Assembly (NCBI GenBank): GCA_963742735.1
Contig: CAVUMN010000003.1
Coordinates: 1-64,000 of the forward strand
Direction of reading: 5' to 3'
From: an uncultured Actinomycetes bacterium
GTDB taxonomy: Bacteria > Actinomycetota > UBA4738 > JBBDTT01
Length of the DNA: 64,000 bases
The notes under the pieces: generated by a model
What the model was told of the DNA's origin: nothing
The model's input: the letters and a program-made list of their open reading frames with translations, nothing else
Databases searched by the model: none
Part shown: positions 52,608 to 63,412 of the stretch, one piece after another
Position numbering within the stretch: the stretch's first letter is position 1
Layout: the number at the start of each line of letters is the position of its first letter
Program-made: the position numbers and the translations under genes

Positions 52608-54110
52608 CTAGTCGCCGAAGTCCGGCATCTCGCCGACGTAGGTCGCCGTGGGGCGGATGAGGCGGTTGTCGGCGATCTGCTCCAGGATGTGCGCGGCCCA
52701 GCCCACCACCCGGCTGCACCCGAACGTCACCGTTGCAAGCTCGCGGGGGATGCCGGCCATCTCGAAGACCACCGCCGAGTAGAACTCGACGTTGGTGTAG
52801 AGCGGCCGCCCCGGCTTCAGCTCCCGCAGGACCTCGTGGGCCATCTGCTCGACGTGCAGGGCCAGCTCCACCCGGCCGCCCCCGAACTCCTCGGCGGTCC
52901 GTTTGAGGGCCAGCGCCCGCGGGTCGTCGGTGCGGTAGACACGATGCCCGAACCCCATCAGCCGGTTGCCCGCCTTGACCCGCTCGGCCAGCCAGTCCCT
53001 GGCCTTCTCCTTCGAACCGATCGCGTCGAGCATGTCCAGAACGAGCGACGGCGCGCCGCCGTGAAGCGGCCCCGACAGCGCCCCGACCCCGCCCACGACC
53101 GCGGCGCCAACGTCGGCGCCGGTGGACGTGATGACCCGTGCGGTGAACGTGGACGCGTTCATCCCGTGGTCGGCGGTGAGGGTGAAGTAGCGGTTCATCG
53201 CGATGACCTGCGCCTCGGTCGGCTCGGTGCCGGTCACGGCGCGCAGGTATCCGGCCACATGGCCGCCCTCGCCGAGGTCGACCGGGCTGGTCCCCCCGGC
53301 CCGGATCGCGCCGACGATCGCCGGGAAGGCCGCGGCCAGGCGCAGGACGTCCTCGCGCGGCTTGGCCGGGTCGTCCTCCTCCAGCCAGGGGGCGTAGCCC
53401 CACTCGGCGGCCAGCGCGGAGGCGGCCGAGCGCAGTCCTGACATCGGCGAGCCCACCCCGGCCGCCGCGGCGATCCCCGCCTCCTCGGCGGACAGGCGCC
53501 GGCGGGCGGCGAGCTCGGCCGTGAACGCCTGGAGCTCGTTCGGGTCCGGCAGGCGCTCCTCGAGGAGCAGGAACCACACCGCCTCGAACGAGTGGTTCAT
53601 CGCGAGCTCGACGGCGTCGTGGCCGACGTAGACCAGCCGGCCCTTCTCGCCGTCGATGAAGCTCTTGCGCGTCTCGCCGACGACGACGTTCTCCAGGCCC
53701 TTGGCGCTGCTCGGGCGGGACGGGTCGACTTCGCTGATCCGCAGGCCGGTGACCAGATCGCGCAGCGACACCACCCCGGCGAGCTTTCCGTCGTCGATCA
53801 CCGGAAGGTGGCGGAACCCCTTCTGGGAGAGCAGGTCGAGGGCTTCGGCCGCCGAGGTGTCGGCGTCGACGGTCACCGGCTCGGAGGTCATCCATGCCGA
53901 GACCAGCGAGGTCTCCGGCTGGGCGGCGCCCGCCGTCGAGCTGACCATGTCGCGCTCGGTGATGATCCCCACCAGGCGCCCGTCCTCCGTCACCAGCGCG
54001 GAGCCGACCCCGCGCTCGCGCATGGCTTGCGCGGCCACGCCGATCGGGTCGCTCGGGCGGACGGTGACGGCGTCGGAGGTGAGGAGGTCGCGGACGGTGA
54101 CGTCGGCCAT
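52608..54110 (-). CDS. CBS-pair domain fused to citrate synthase (CitA/PrpC type)
   Basis: CBS: LVGIITERD, FRHLPV, GVVSLRDL; CS: KGLENVVV, DHGMNASTF, GPLHGGA, MGFGHRVY, DPRA, NVEFY. Confidence 0.92.
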   Translation of the reverse strand: MADVTVRDLLTSDAVTVRPSDPIGVAAQAMRERGVGSALVTEDGRLVGIITERDMVSSTAGAAQPETSLVSAWMTSEPVTVDADTSAAEALDLLSQKGFRHLPVIDDGKLAGVVSLRDLVTGLRISEVDPSRPSSAKGLENVVVGETRKSFIDGEKGRLVYVGHDAVELAMNHSFEAVWFLLLEERLPDPNELQAFTAELAARRRLSAEEAGIAAAAGVGSPMSGLRSAASALAAEWGYAPWLEEDDPAKPREDVLRLAAAFPAIVGAIRAGGTSPVDLGEGGHVAGYLRAVTGTEPTEAQVIAMNRYFTLTADHGMNASTFTARVITSTGADVGAAVVGGVGALSGPLHGGAPSLVLDMLDAIGSKEKARDWLAERVKAGNRLMGFGHRVYRTDDPRALALKRTAEEFGGGRVELALHVEQMAHEVLRELKPGRPLYTNVEFYSAVVFEMAGIPRELATVTFGCSRVVGWAAHILEQIADNRLIRPTATYVGEMPDFGD

Positions 54111-54231
54111 CGCGCGCATCGTACCCGCATGCCCGCGGCACCGGCGAGGGAGGTTGGAAGGCGGTCGCGGGGCGTTTGGCGGGTTCGCCCGAAGGGGTTA
54201 CCCGCCGCCACCGTGTGGGAACGCTACAGGC

Positions 54232-54477
54232 ATGAATCGATGGTGGACCTGCCCTCGCTGCGGAGAGGTCGTCCCCGTCTCCTATCAGCTCGAGGAGTCC
54301 TTCGACGAGACGGGCATGGCGACGTTCGATCCCTCCGAGCACATCGCGCCCATGCGCGAGGACAAGCTCACGGCATCGTGGATGGGCGTGGTGCGCTGCC
54401 CCAACCACGAATGCGAGGCCGCGTGGGTGTTCACGCTCTACCCGGCCGAGAAGTCGCTGTTCGCCGAGTCCGCCTAG
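54232..54477 (+). CDS. Small putative zinc-ribbon protein
   Basis: CPRC ... CPNHEC; codon usage like neighbours; GTTT-N17-GGGTTA upstream. Confidence 0.65.
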   Translation: MNRWWTCPRCGEVVPVSYQLEESFDETGMATFDPSEHIAPMREDKLTASWMGVVRCPNHECEAAWVFTLYPAEKSLFAESA

Positions 54478-54523
54478 TCCGCCCAGGTAGGAACCCGCCC
54501 GCCCCCGCGGCGAATATCCCTGC

Positions 54524-55960
54524 GTGCGAACCGCCCGCCCGATCGCGCTCGTCCTGATCGTCCTGTCGTTCGCGTGGGCATCCGCCGCGTCGCCGGCCGG
54601 CGCCCGGCCGAAGCCGAAGGCCGTGACGCCGCCGATGGCGGTGGTCGCGCTGATCGACTCGGGGATCAACCCGTACGCGGCGGCCTTCCGGGACCGTTCG
54701 CCGCTGGCGTACCGGCATCCCTCCACGTACATCCCCGGATACCCGAAGGGCGCGCGCGAGCTGCGCCTGACCCTCGACGTCCCCTACGAGCGAGCGCTGG
54801 AGCGGGACCGGCGCACGTGGACGCGCGTCCGCCCGGAGACCCTGTACTGGATCCCGGGCACCCGGATCGTCGGCGCGATCTCCATGGCGAGCGGCGGGAC
54901 GAGCTGTCCGGTCGTGCCGGTGCCGCCCGCCAACGCGGTCAACCAGACCTCGTGCGAGGACTTCCCGATCCTCGACGGCCACGGCCACGGGACCATGACG
55001 GCCTCACGCGCCGCGGGCCGGCCGAACTCGCTGGCGCCGTACGCGCGCATCGTCGAGGTCGAGGGCCTCGGCGCCGCCTCCGTTCGGTGGGCCGCCGACC
55101 AGGGCTGGATCGACGTCCAGTCGAACTCGTGGATCGACCTGATCCCGCCGCCGGTGAACGGCCTGGTAGGGGACACCTCGGCGGCCTTCGCGTACGCGTC
55201 GACCCGGACGCTGACTCTGGCCGCCTCGGGGAACGGAAGCGCGTACATCCTGGGCGTCGCCCCGACCCCCACCTACGTGCTGTCCACGGCGCCGCCGGGG
55301 GTGATCCTGGTCGGCGGCCACGACAACGGACGGATGACCCTGTGGTCGGGCTCGCCCCCGCACGTGGTCGCCGACTCCTACGCGGGCTACGCGGCGCTGC
55401 GGACCTCCTCCGGCCCGATGGTCCCCGACTCGATCGCGTGCTGCTCCAGCGCGGCGTCCCCGTACGCGGCCGGCGCCGCCGCGGCGATCGTGGACCGTGC
55501 GCGGAAGATCCTCGGCGACCACCGCACCGGGATCCACGACGGCGTGGTGGCCCGGGGGCCGGCCGGCCGCGTCAAGGCCGGACCGCTCGCCGACGGCATG
55601 TTCACGCTCGACGAGCTTCGCTCGCTGTTCCTGCACACCGCCGAGGCCCGCCCCGCGGAAGGTCGCGACGACGGCCTGGTCCACTGGACCGGCGAGCCCC
55701 GCGCGCCCGAGCTGACCCCGTTCGGCCCGGGCGCGAACCCCTTCTGCCAGGGCTGCTGGACGACGCCGGTCTCCTGGGAAGACATCCCGGCCGAGGGACC
55801 GACCTACCCCCTGCTCGGCTACGGGGCGATCAACGAGCGCTCGCTGGTCCTGGCCCTGCGGGTGCTGAGCGGCACCGCCAACGAGCCCGAGCGCCCCCAG
55901 GAGGACCAGGCCTTCGACCTGGACCAACAGCTGCGCGCGCTCATCTTCGGGTCGGGATGA
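54524..55960 (+). CDS. Secreted S8 (subtilisin-like) peptidase, divergent
   Basis: Signal peptide; IDSGI, GHGTMTAS, AASGN, CSSAASP. Confidence 0.72.
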   Translation: MRTARPIALVLIVLSFAWASAASPAGARPKPKAVTPPMAVVALIDSGINPYAAAFRDRSPLAYRHPSTYIPGYPKGARELRLTLDVPYERALERDRRTWTRVRPETLYWIPGTRIVGAISMASGGTSCPVVPVPPANAVNQTSCEDFPILDGHGHGTMTASRAAGRPNSLAPYARIVEVEGLGAASVRWAADQGWIDVQSNSWIDLIPPPVNGLVGDTSAAFAYASTRTLTLAASGNGSAYILGVAPTPTYVLSTAPPGVILVGGHDNGRMTLWSGSPPHVVADSYAGYAALRTSSGPMVPDSIACCSSAASPYAAGAAAAIVDRARKILGDHRTGIHDGVVARGPAGRVKAGPLADGMFTLDELRSLFLHTAEARPAEGRDDGLVHWTGEPRAPELTPFGPGANPFCQGCWTTPVSWEDIPAEGPTYPLLGYGAINERSLVLALRVLSGTANEPERPQEDQAFDLDQQLRALIFGSG

Positions 55961-56022
55961 GGATGTCGGTGCGGCGCGGTAGCCTTGACACACCTCTCCC
56001 GAAGCGGGGATAAGGAGGAGAG

Positions 56023-56265
56023 GTGGAAGCGCTCAACACCATCATCAACGCGTTCGCGATCGGGATCGTCGGCCTCCTGCTGGGGCTGCAGACCCGTTCG
56101 ATTCGCGGCGAGGTCACCGAGCTCGGGCGCGAGATGCATGATGAGTTTCGGTCGGTGCGGGGGGAGCTGGCGTCCTTACGGTCAGATCTCACAAATGTGG
56201 CCCTCACCGTCGGCGCCGCTGCCTCGCCGCGCTCAGGAGCTCCTGGAGCCTCAGGCACGCGGTAG
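56023..56265 (+). CDS. Small membrane-anchored coiled-coil protein
   Basis: TTGACA at 55985 and AGGAGAG SD; hydrophobic N-terminus plus heptad-like tail. Confidence 0.5.
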   Translation: MEALNTIINAFAIGIVGLLLGLQTRSIRGEVTELGREMHDEFRSVRGELASLRSDLTNVALTVGAAASPRSGAPGASGTR

Positions 56266-56332
56266 GTCGCGCTCGTTCTTGGGCCAAGCTGAAAATGATC
56301 CACGCGGGCCTGCTGGACTAGGCTCCAACGGC

Positions 56333-56500
56333 GTGAGGGTGGCTCTAGGGATACTTGTTGCATTGGTCGGGCTCGCCTTGACGGCCTACTCGATCCCCTT
56401 CGTGACGGGGGTTGCTTTCGCTGTCTTCCTGCTGGGGATCGCAACGCTGGTCGCTGGAGTCCGGCTAGCGTTGCGCGGACGGGGCTCCACCTCAAACTGA
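56333..56500 (+). CDS. Possible small 2-TM protein
   Basis: Very hydrophobic 55-aa ORF; atypical codon usage, no clear SD. Confidence 0.35.
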   Translation: MRVALGILVALVGLALTAYSIPFVTGVAFAVFLLGIATLVAGVRLALRGRGSTSN

Positions 56501-56524
56501 CCCACTACCTCGGCGCCCAGGCAC

Positions 56525-56553
56525 TTGACGGAGCGTCAGATGGGGCGCATCAT
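56525..56553 (+). promoter_or_regulatory. ilv-leu operon promoter
   Basis: TTGACG-17 nt-CATCAT just upstream of the leader peptide. Confidence 0.65.
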
Positions 56554-56563
56554 GGGCGGTCCA

Positions 56564-56620
56564 ATGTTCGGGCCGACGGAGTTTGCGCGCATCGACCTGA
56601 GCCTCGTACTTATTAGGTAG
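56564..56620 (+). CDS. Branched-chain amino acid attenuator leader peptide [18 protein letters not shown]
   Basis: Ile/Leu/Val control codons ATC..CTG..CTC GTA CTT ATT directly before the antiterminator/terminator. Confidence 0.85.
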   Translation: MFGPTEFARIDLSLVLIR

Positions 56621-56622
56621 GC

Positions 56623-56689
56623 GCGGGGCCGGGCAAGCATGCCCGCCGCGCGCCAGACGACCTCCGGCCCCGCCGGGGGTCTTTTGTTT
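56623..56689 (+). terminator. Attenuator: antiterminator and terminator
   Basis: Terminator GACCTCCGGC/GCCGGGGGTC+TTTTGTTT (56659-56689); mutually exclusive pairing GCGGGGCCGG (56623) with CCGGCCCCGC (56664). Confidence 0.9.
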
Positions 56690-56767
56690 CCCCGGCTTCA
56701 GCGCCGAAGCCAAGCGTCCGAGAACAGAGCAAAGGGTGCGAAGCGCCCCCGAGCAGGAGGGAACGAG

Positions 56768-57070
56768 ATGCGGTTCGAGTTTCACGACAAGGACAGCCGG
56801 GTCGGCACGGCCCAGTGGGAGGGCCCGGGCCAGGTCCGGCTGACGGTCGAGGATCCCGCGGAGCGGGACTACCTGACCACGTACTTCGCCGGCGAGATGC
56901 ACTACATGGCGACCCCGTTCGACGAGGACGAGGACGCGCTGCAGGTTCGCCGGCGCGACTGGACGCCGTGGGAGTTCGAGCGGGCGTGCCTGGCCCTGAC
57001 CTCCAAGCGCGGCTACCGCGTGCACATGACCCCGTCCGAGGCCGTCGAGGCCCGCCCCGAGGCCAGCTGA
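56768..57070 (+). CDS. Hypothetical 100-aa protein, first gene of the ilv-leu operon
   Basis: AGGAGGG SD, typical GC3 codon usage, 29 nt before ilvB. Confidence 0.8.
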   Translation: MRFEFHDKDSRVGTAQWEGPGQVRLTVEDPAERDYLTTYFAGEMHYMATPFDEDEDALQVRRRDWTPWEFERACLALTSKRGYRVHMTPSEAVEARPEAS

Positions 57071-57099
57071 ACCCCAACCCCCGAGAGGAGACGACCGAC

Positions 57100-58869
57100 A
57101 TGACCCGATCCACCCCGAAGCCCGGGCGCCTCAGCGGCGCGCAGTCGCTGATGAAGAGCCTCGAGCTCGAGGGCGTAGAGGTCATCTTCGGGATCCCCGG
57201 CGGGGCCATCCTGCCGGCCTACGACCCGATGCTCGACTCCTCGATCCGTCACCTGCTGATGCGCCACGAGCAGGGAGCCGGCCACGCCGCGGAGGGCTAC
57301 GCCCACGCCACCGGGAAGGCCGGGGTGTGCATGGCCACCAGCGGTCCCGGCGGCACGAACCTGGTCACCGCGCTGGCCGACGCGCTCATGGACTCGGTCC
57401 CGGTGGTGGCGATCACCGGGCAGGTCCCGACCGCGGTCGTCGGCAACGACGCGTTCCAGGAGGCCGACATCACCGGCATCACGATCCCGGTCACCAAGCA
57501 CAACTGGCTGGTCACCGACGGCGCGGATATCCCTCACGTGATCCGAGAGGCGTTCCACATCGCCACGACCGGACGGCCCGGCCCCGTCCTGGTCGACATC
57601 CCCAAGGACGTCCTGATCAACGAGACCGACTTCGAGTGGCCGGAGCAGCTCGACCTTCCGGGCTACAACCCGACCACCAAGGGCAATCTCAAGCAGGTCC
57701 GCGAGGCCGTGAAGCTCATCATGGCGGCCGAGCGCCCGGTCCTCTACGTCGGCGGCGGCGTGATCAAGGGCGAGGCCTCGAAGGACCTGTTCAAGCTGGC
57801 CGAGACCGGCCGGATCCCCGTGGTCACCACCCTCATGGCGCGCGGGGCGTTCCCCGACACCCACGAGCTGGGCCTGGGCATGCCCGGGATGCACGGCAAC
57901 TACACGGCGGTCACCGCGATGCAGAAGGCCGATCTGCTGATCGCCCTCGGCACCCGGTTCGACGACCGCGTGACCGGCAGCCTCGCCTCGTTCGCGGCGG
58001 GCGCCAAGATCATCCACGTCGACGTCGATCCGGCGGAGATCGGCAAGAACCGCCGCGCCGACGTGCCGATCGTGGGCGACGCACGCGACGTGACCGCCGC
58101 GCTGGCGCGCGAGCTCGCGAAGGCGGTCTCGGAGAACGGCAACCCCGACCGGTCGAAGTGGCTCGCCCAGATCAAGGACTGGCAGGATCGGTTCCCGCTG
58201 CGCTACGACCAGACCGACGACGGCCCGATCAAGCCGCAGTACGTGGTCGAGCGCGTCTACGAGGCCACCGGCGGCGAGGCCACGATCGTGGCCGGCGTCG
58301 GGCAGCACCAGATGTGGACCTCACAGCACTACAAGTTCACCCGGCCCCGTCAGTTCATCAACTCCGGGGGCCTGGGGACGATGGGCTTCGCGGTCCCCGC
58401 GGCCCTCGGCGCCAAGATGGGGCGGCCGAAGGACGTCGTGTTCGCGATCGACGGCGACGGCTGCTTCCAGATGACCGCGCAGGAGCTCGCCACGTGCGCC
58501 TTCGAGGACATCCCGATCGTGGTCGGCATCCTGAACAACGGCTACCTCGGCATGGTCCGCCAGTGGCAGGAGCTCTTCTACAACCGTCGCGAGTCGCAGG
58601 TGGAGTTCGGGTGGGACGTGCCCGACTACGTGAAGCTCGCCGAGGCGTACGGCGGCGTCGGACTGCGCGCCGAGACGCCCGACGAGGTCGACTCGATCCT
58701 GGACAAGGCCCTGTCGGTGAAGGACAAGACCGTCGTCATCGACTTCCGCGTCGACCGCACCGAGATGGTCTTCCCGATGGTCCCGGCCGGAGGGTCGAAC
58801 GACGACATCATCCTCGGCCCCGAACAGGCGGAGCCGGCGGACGAGCCGGCCGACGCCCCGATCGCGTAG
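57100..58869 (+). CDS. ilvB: Acetolactate synthase large subunit
   Basis: [50 protein letters not shown]. Confidence 0.97.
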   Translation: MTRSTPKPGRLSGAQSLMKSLELEGVEVIFGIPGGAILPAYDPMLDSSIRHLLMRHEQGAGHAAEGYAHATGKAGVCMATSGPGGTNLVTALADALMDSVPVVAITGQVPTAVVGNDAFQEADITGITIPVTKHNWLVTDGADIPHVIREAFHIATTGRPGPVLVDIPKDVLINETDFEWPEQLDLPGYNPTTKGNLKQVREAVKLIMAAERPVLYVGGGVIKGEASKDLFKLAETGRIPVVTTLMARGAFPDTHELGLGMPGMHGNYTAVTAMQKADLLIALGTRFDDRVTGSLASFAAGAKIIHVDVDPAEIGKNRRADVPIVGDARDVTAALARELAKAVSENGNPDRSKWLAQIKDWQDRFPLRYDQTDDGPIKPQYVVERVYEATGGEATIVAGVGQHQMWTSQHYKFTRPRQFINSGGLGTMGFAVPAALGAKMGRPKDVVFAIDGDGCFQMTAQELATCAFEDIPIVVGILNNGYLGMVRQWQELFYNRRESQVEFGWDVPDYVKLAEAYGGVGLRAETPDEVDSILDKALSVKDKTVVIDFRVDRTEMVFPMVPAGGSNDDIILGPEQAEPADEPADAPIA

Positions 58870-58878
58870 GGGGTTCGG

Positions 58879-59406
58879 ATGTCACTGCACACCGTCAGCG
58901 TCCTGGTCCAGGACAAGCCGGGAGTCCTGGCCCGTGTCGCGGGGCTGTTCGCCCGCCGCGGCTTCAACATCCACTCGCTCGCGGTGGGCAACACCGAGGA
59001 CCCGGGCACGAGCCGGATGACGATCGTCGTCGAGATCAAGACCAAGCCTCTCGAGCAGGTGACGAAGCAGCTCAACAAGCTCGTGAACGTCCTGAAGGTG
59101 GCCGAGCTGGAGCACGGGAGCGCGGTCGAGCGCGAGCTGGCGTTGATCAAGGTCCGCGCCACCAACGGCGACCGTCCCCGCGTGATCGAGGTCGCCCAGA
59201 TCTTTCGCGCGCGGATCCTCGACGTCGCCCACGACGCCCTGACCATCGAGATCACCGGGAACTCCGACAAGGTCGAGGCGTTCCACGATCTGCTTCGGCC
59301 GTTCGGGGTGATCGAGATGGTCCGGACGGGCCGCGTCGCGCTCGCTCGCGGCGAGGAGGGTCTGAAGGACCGCCGGCTTCGCGCCGTCAAGACCGGCACC
59401 GACTGA
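58879..59406 (+). CDS. ilvN: Acetolactate synthase small subunit
   Basis: [37 protein letters not shown]. Confidence 0.97.
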   Translation: MSLHTVSVLVQDKPGVLARVAGLFARRGFNIHSLAVGNTEDPGTSRMTIVVEIKTKPLEQVTKQLNKLVNVLKVAELEHGSAVERELALIKVRATNGDRPRVIEVAQIFRARILDVAHDALTIEITGNSDKVEAFHDLLRPFGVIEMVRTGRVALARGEEGLKDRRLRAVKTGTD

Positions 59407-59440
59407 TCGACATCACCGACACGACCACGAGGAGACCGAC

Positions 59441-60467
<1,027 letters not shown>

Positions 60468-60475
<8 letters not shown>

Positions 60476-62096
60476 CGGTGGCGTAGGCGGGGGGGTACGG
60501 GGGGGTAGCGCGCCCCAAGGTGCCCCGGAGTCCGTTCCGGAGAGCGGGCGGACCCCCCGTGAGCAGGATGTAGTCCGGTTCTTCGACACCACCCTGCGCG
60601 ACGGGGAGCAGGCGCCCGGCATCGCACTCTCCGGCGCCGAGAAGATCGAGATCGCGGAGCACCTGGCCCGACTCGGCGTCGACATCATCGAGGCCGGTTT
60701 CCCGGCGTCGAGCCAGGGGGACTTCGACGCGGTCGCGAAGATCGCCGACCAGGTGAAGGGCCCGACCATCGCCGCGCTGTGCCGGACGAACCACGACGAC
60801 GTCGATCGTGGCTGGGACGCGATCAAGGGAGCGGCGAAGGGCCGCCTGCACCTGTTCGTGTCCACGAGCGACGTGCACATGACCTCGATGCTGAAGATGG
60901 ACGCCGACCAGGTCCTGACCCTCACGCGGGAGACCGTCCGTCGCGCCGCCGGCTACACCGACGACGTGGAGTTCTCGGCCCAGGACGCCACCCGAACCGA
61001 CCCCGAGTTCATGCTCGAGGTGTTCCGCGTCGCCGTCGAGGAGGGCGCCACGACGATCAACGTGCCGGACACGGTCGGCTACGCCCTGCCCCACGAGTTC
61101 GGCGAGCTGGTACGCATGGTCCGCGAGGCCCTGCCCGAGCACGTGATCATCTCCACGCACTGTCACAACGACCTCGGGCTCGCCGTGGCGAACTCCATGG
61201 CCGGCGTCATGAACGGGGCGCGACAGGTGGAGGTCGCGGTCAACGGGATCGGCGAGCGCGCCGGCAACTGCTCGCTCGAGGAGGTCGCGATGATCGTGCA
61301 GACGCGCGGCCAGGCCCTCGGCCTCTCCCACAACCTGAACCTGAAGGAGATCGCCCGGACGTCGCGGCTGGTCAGCCTGTTGACCGGCTACGTCGTGCAG
61401 CCCAACAAGGCCGTGGTCGGCGCGAACGCGTTCGCCCACGAGTCGGGCATCCACCAGCACGGGGTGCTCATGAACCGCGCGACCTACGAGATCATGGACC
61501 CCGCCGAGATCGGGCTGGAGGGCTCCCGGATCGTATTGGGCAAGCATTCCGGGCGCCACGCGTTCTCCGACGCGCTGGCCAAGCTCGGCCTGGAGCTGGA
61601 CCGCGACGCGCTCGATCGCGCGTTCGCCCGGTTCAAGGACCTGGCCGACCGCAAGATCCAGCTGACCGACGCTGACCTCGAGGCGATCGTGGCCGAGGAG
61701 CTCGGCACGTCGGACCGCGACGGCTTCGTGATCGAGTCGCTCGCCGTCACCGGCGGGACGCACCTGTCGCCCACGGCCACGGTGCGTCTTCTCCGAGGAG
61801 GAGAGACGTTCGAGGACTCCGCCCTCGGAGACGGGATGATCGACGCCGCGTGCGGCGCCATCGCCCGCGCCACGGGCGTCGACGCCCGCCTGGTGAACTT
61901 CAATGTGTCGAGCGTGACCGGGGGATCGGACGCGTTGGGCGACGTCGTCATCCAGCTCGACGTCGACGGCAGGCTCGTGACCGGCCGCGGCGTGAGCAGC
62001 GATGTCGTGGAGGCCAGCGCCAGGGCCTACCTCTCCGCCATCAACCGAGCCCTCTCCGTCGAGGCGAACGACGCGGGCGAACGGGGCAGCCGATGA
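60468..62096 (+). CDS. leuA: 2-isopropylmalate synthase with repeat-derived N-terminal extension
   Basis: [40 protein letters not shown]. Confidence 0.96.
60490..60558 (-). repeat. 69-bp structured dispersed repeat, copy 2 (in leuA N-terminus)
   Basis: Reverse complement matches 47457-47525 at 58/69. Confidence 0.88.
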
Positions 62097-63412
62097 CCCC
62101 CATGACGATCACCGAGAAGATCCTGGCGCGCGCCAGCGGGAACGAGTCGGTCCGCCCCGGCGACCTGATCATGGCCAACGCCGACCTGGCGATGGGCAAC
62201 GACGTGACCGCGCCGGTGGCGATCGCCCGCTATCGCGAGCTCGGCATCGAGAACGTGTGGGACCCGTCGAAGGTCGCGCTCGTCCCCAGCCACTTCTCGC
62301 CGGCGAAGGACATCGCCAGCGCGAAGCTCGGCATGACCATGCGCGAGTTCGCCCGCGAGCAGGGGATCGAGCACTACTTCGAGCTCGGCCGCGGCGGGAT
62401 CGAGCACATCCTGCTTCCCGAGCAGGCTCTGGCCCTTCCCGGCCACGTGATCATCGGGGCCGACTCGCACAGCTGCACGTACGGCGCGCTCGGCGCGTTC
62501 TCGACCGGCGTCGGCTCGACCGACCTGGCCGCGGTGCTGGCCACCGGCAAGATCTGGCTTCGGGTGCCCGAGACCGTGCGCTTCGTCTACGAGGGCGTCC
62601 CCAACCCGTGGGTGATCGGCAAGGACCTCATCCTGTCGGTGATCGGGCTCGTCGGCGACGAGGGCTGCGCGTACCAGGCCATGGAGCACACCGGTCCCGC
62701 GCTGCAGCACCTGTCGATGGACTCCCGGTTCACGCTGACCAACATGGCCATCGAGGCCGGCGCGAAGTCGGGGATCGTCATCCCCGACGAGATCACCCTC
62801 GACTACGTGAAGCAGCGCCAGGAGCTCCACCAGCGGTTCACCGAGTACTTCGTCTACGACAGCGACCCCGACGCCGAGGTCGCGGCCACGCACACGGTCG
62901 ACGTCTCGGCGCTCGAGCCGCAGGTCTCGCTGCCGTCGCTGCCGTCGAAGTCCCAGCCCGTGTCGACCGCCGAGCGCGTGAACGTGGATCAGGTGTTCAT
63001 CGGCTCGTGCACCAACGCGAAGATGGAGGACCTGCGGATCGCCGCGCACATCCTCCGCGGCCGCCAGGCCCACCCCCGGGTGCGGCTGATGGTCATCCCG
63101 GCCACCCAGGAGATCTGGAAGCAGGCGAACAAGGAGGGGCTGCTCGACGTGTTCGCCGAGGCCGGCGCGACCGTCTCGACGCCCACGTGCGGACCGTGCC
63201 TGGGCGGGCACATGGGCGTCCTGGGGCCGGACGAGGTCTGCGTCTCCACGAGCAACCGCAACTACGTGGGGCGCATGGGCGACAAGACGGCGAGGGTGTA
63301 CCTGGTCAACCCCGCGGTCGCGGCGGCCACCGCGGTCCTGGGCAAGCTGTCGCACCCGGACGAGATCGGCATCGAGGCCCCCAGGTTGAACACGGTCGGT
63401 GAGCTCGTATGA
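62093..63412 (+). CDS. leuC: 3-isopropylmalate dehydratase large subunit (short HacA/DmdA-like type)
   Basis: MTITEKIL, GADSHSCTYG, GSCTN, CGPCLG, STSNRNY. Confidence 0.95.
   Translation: MTPMTITEKILARASGNESVRPGDLIMANADLAMGNDVTAPVAIARYRELGIENVWDPSKVALVPSHFSPAKDIASAKLGMTMREFAREQGIEHYFELGRGGIEHILLPEQALALPGHVIIGADSHSCTYGALGAFSTGVGSTDLAAVLATGKIWLRVPETVRFVYEGVPNPWVIGKDLILSVIGLVGDEGCAYQAMEHTGPALQHLSMDSRFTLTNMAIEAGAKSGIVIPDEITLDYVKQRQELHQRFTEYFVYDSDPDAEVAATHTVDVSALEPQVSLPSLPSKSQPVSTAERVNVDQVFIGSCTNAKMEDLRIAAHILRGRQAHPRVRLMVIPATQEIWKQANKEGLLDVFAEAGATVSTPTCGPCLGGHMGVLGPDEVCVSTSNRNYVGRMGDKTARVYLVNPAVAAATAVLGKLSHPDEIGIEAPRLNTVGELV

Noticed and set aside
58866-58881. GGGGGTTCGG resembling the end of the 69-bp repeat
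   Set aside because: Only 10 nt match, and it serves as the ilvN ribosome-binding region
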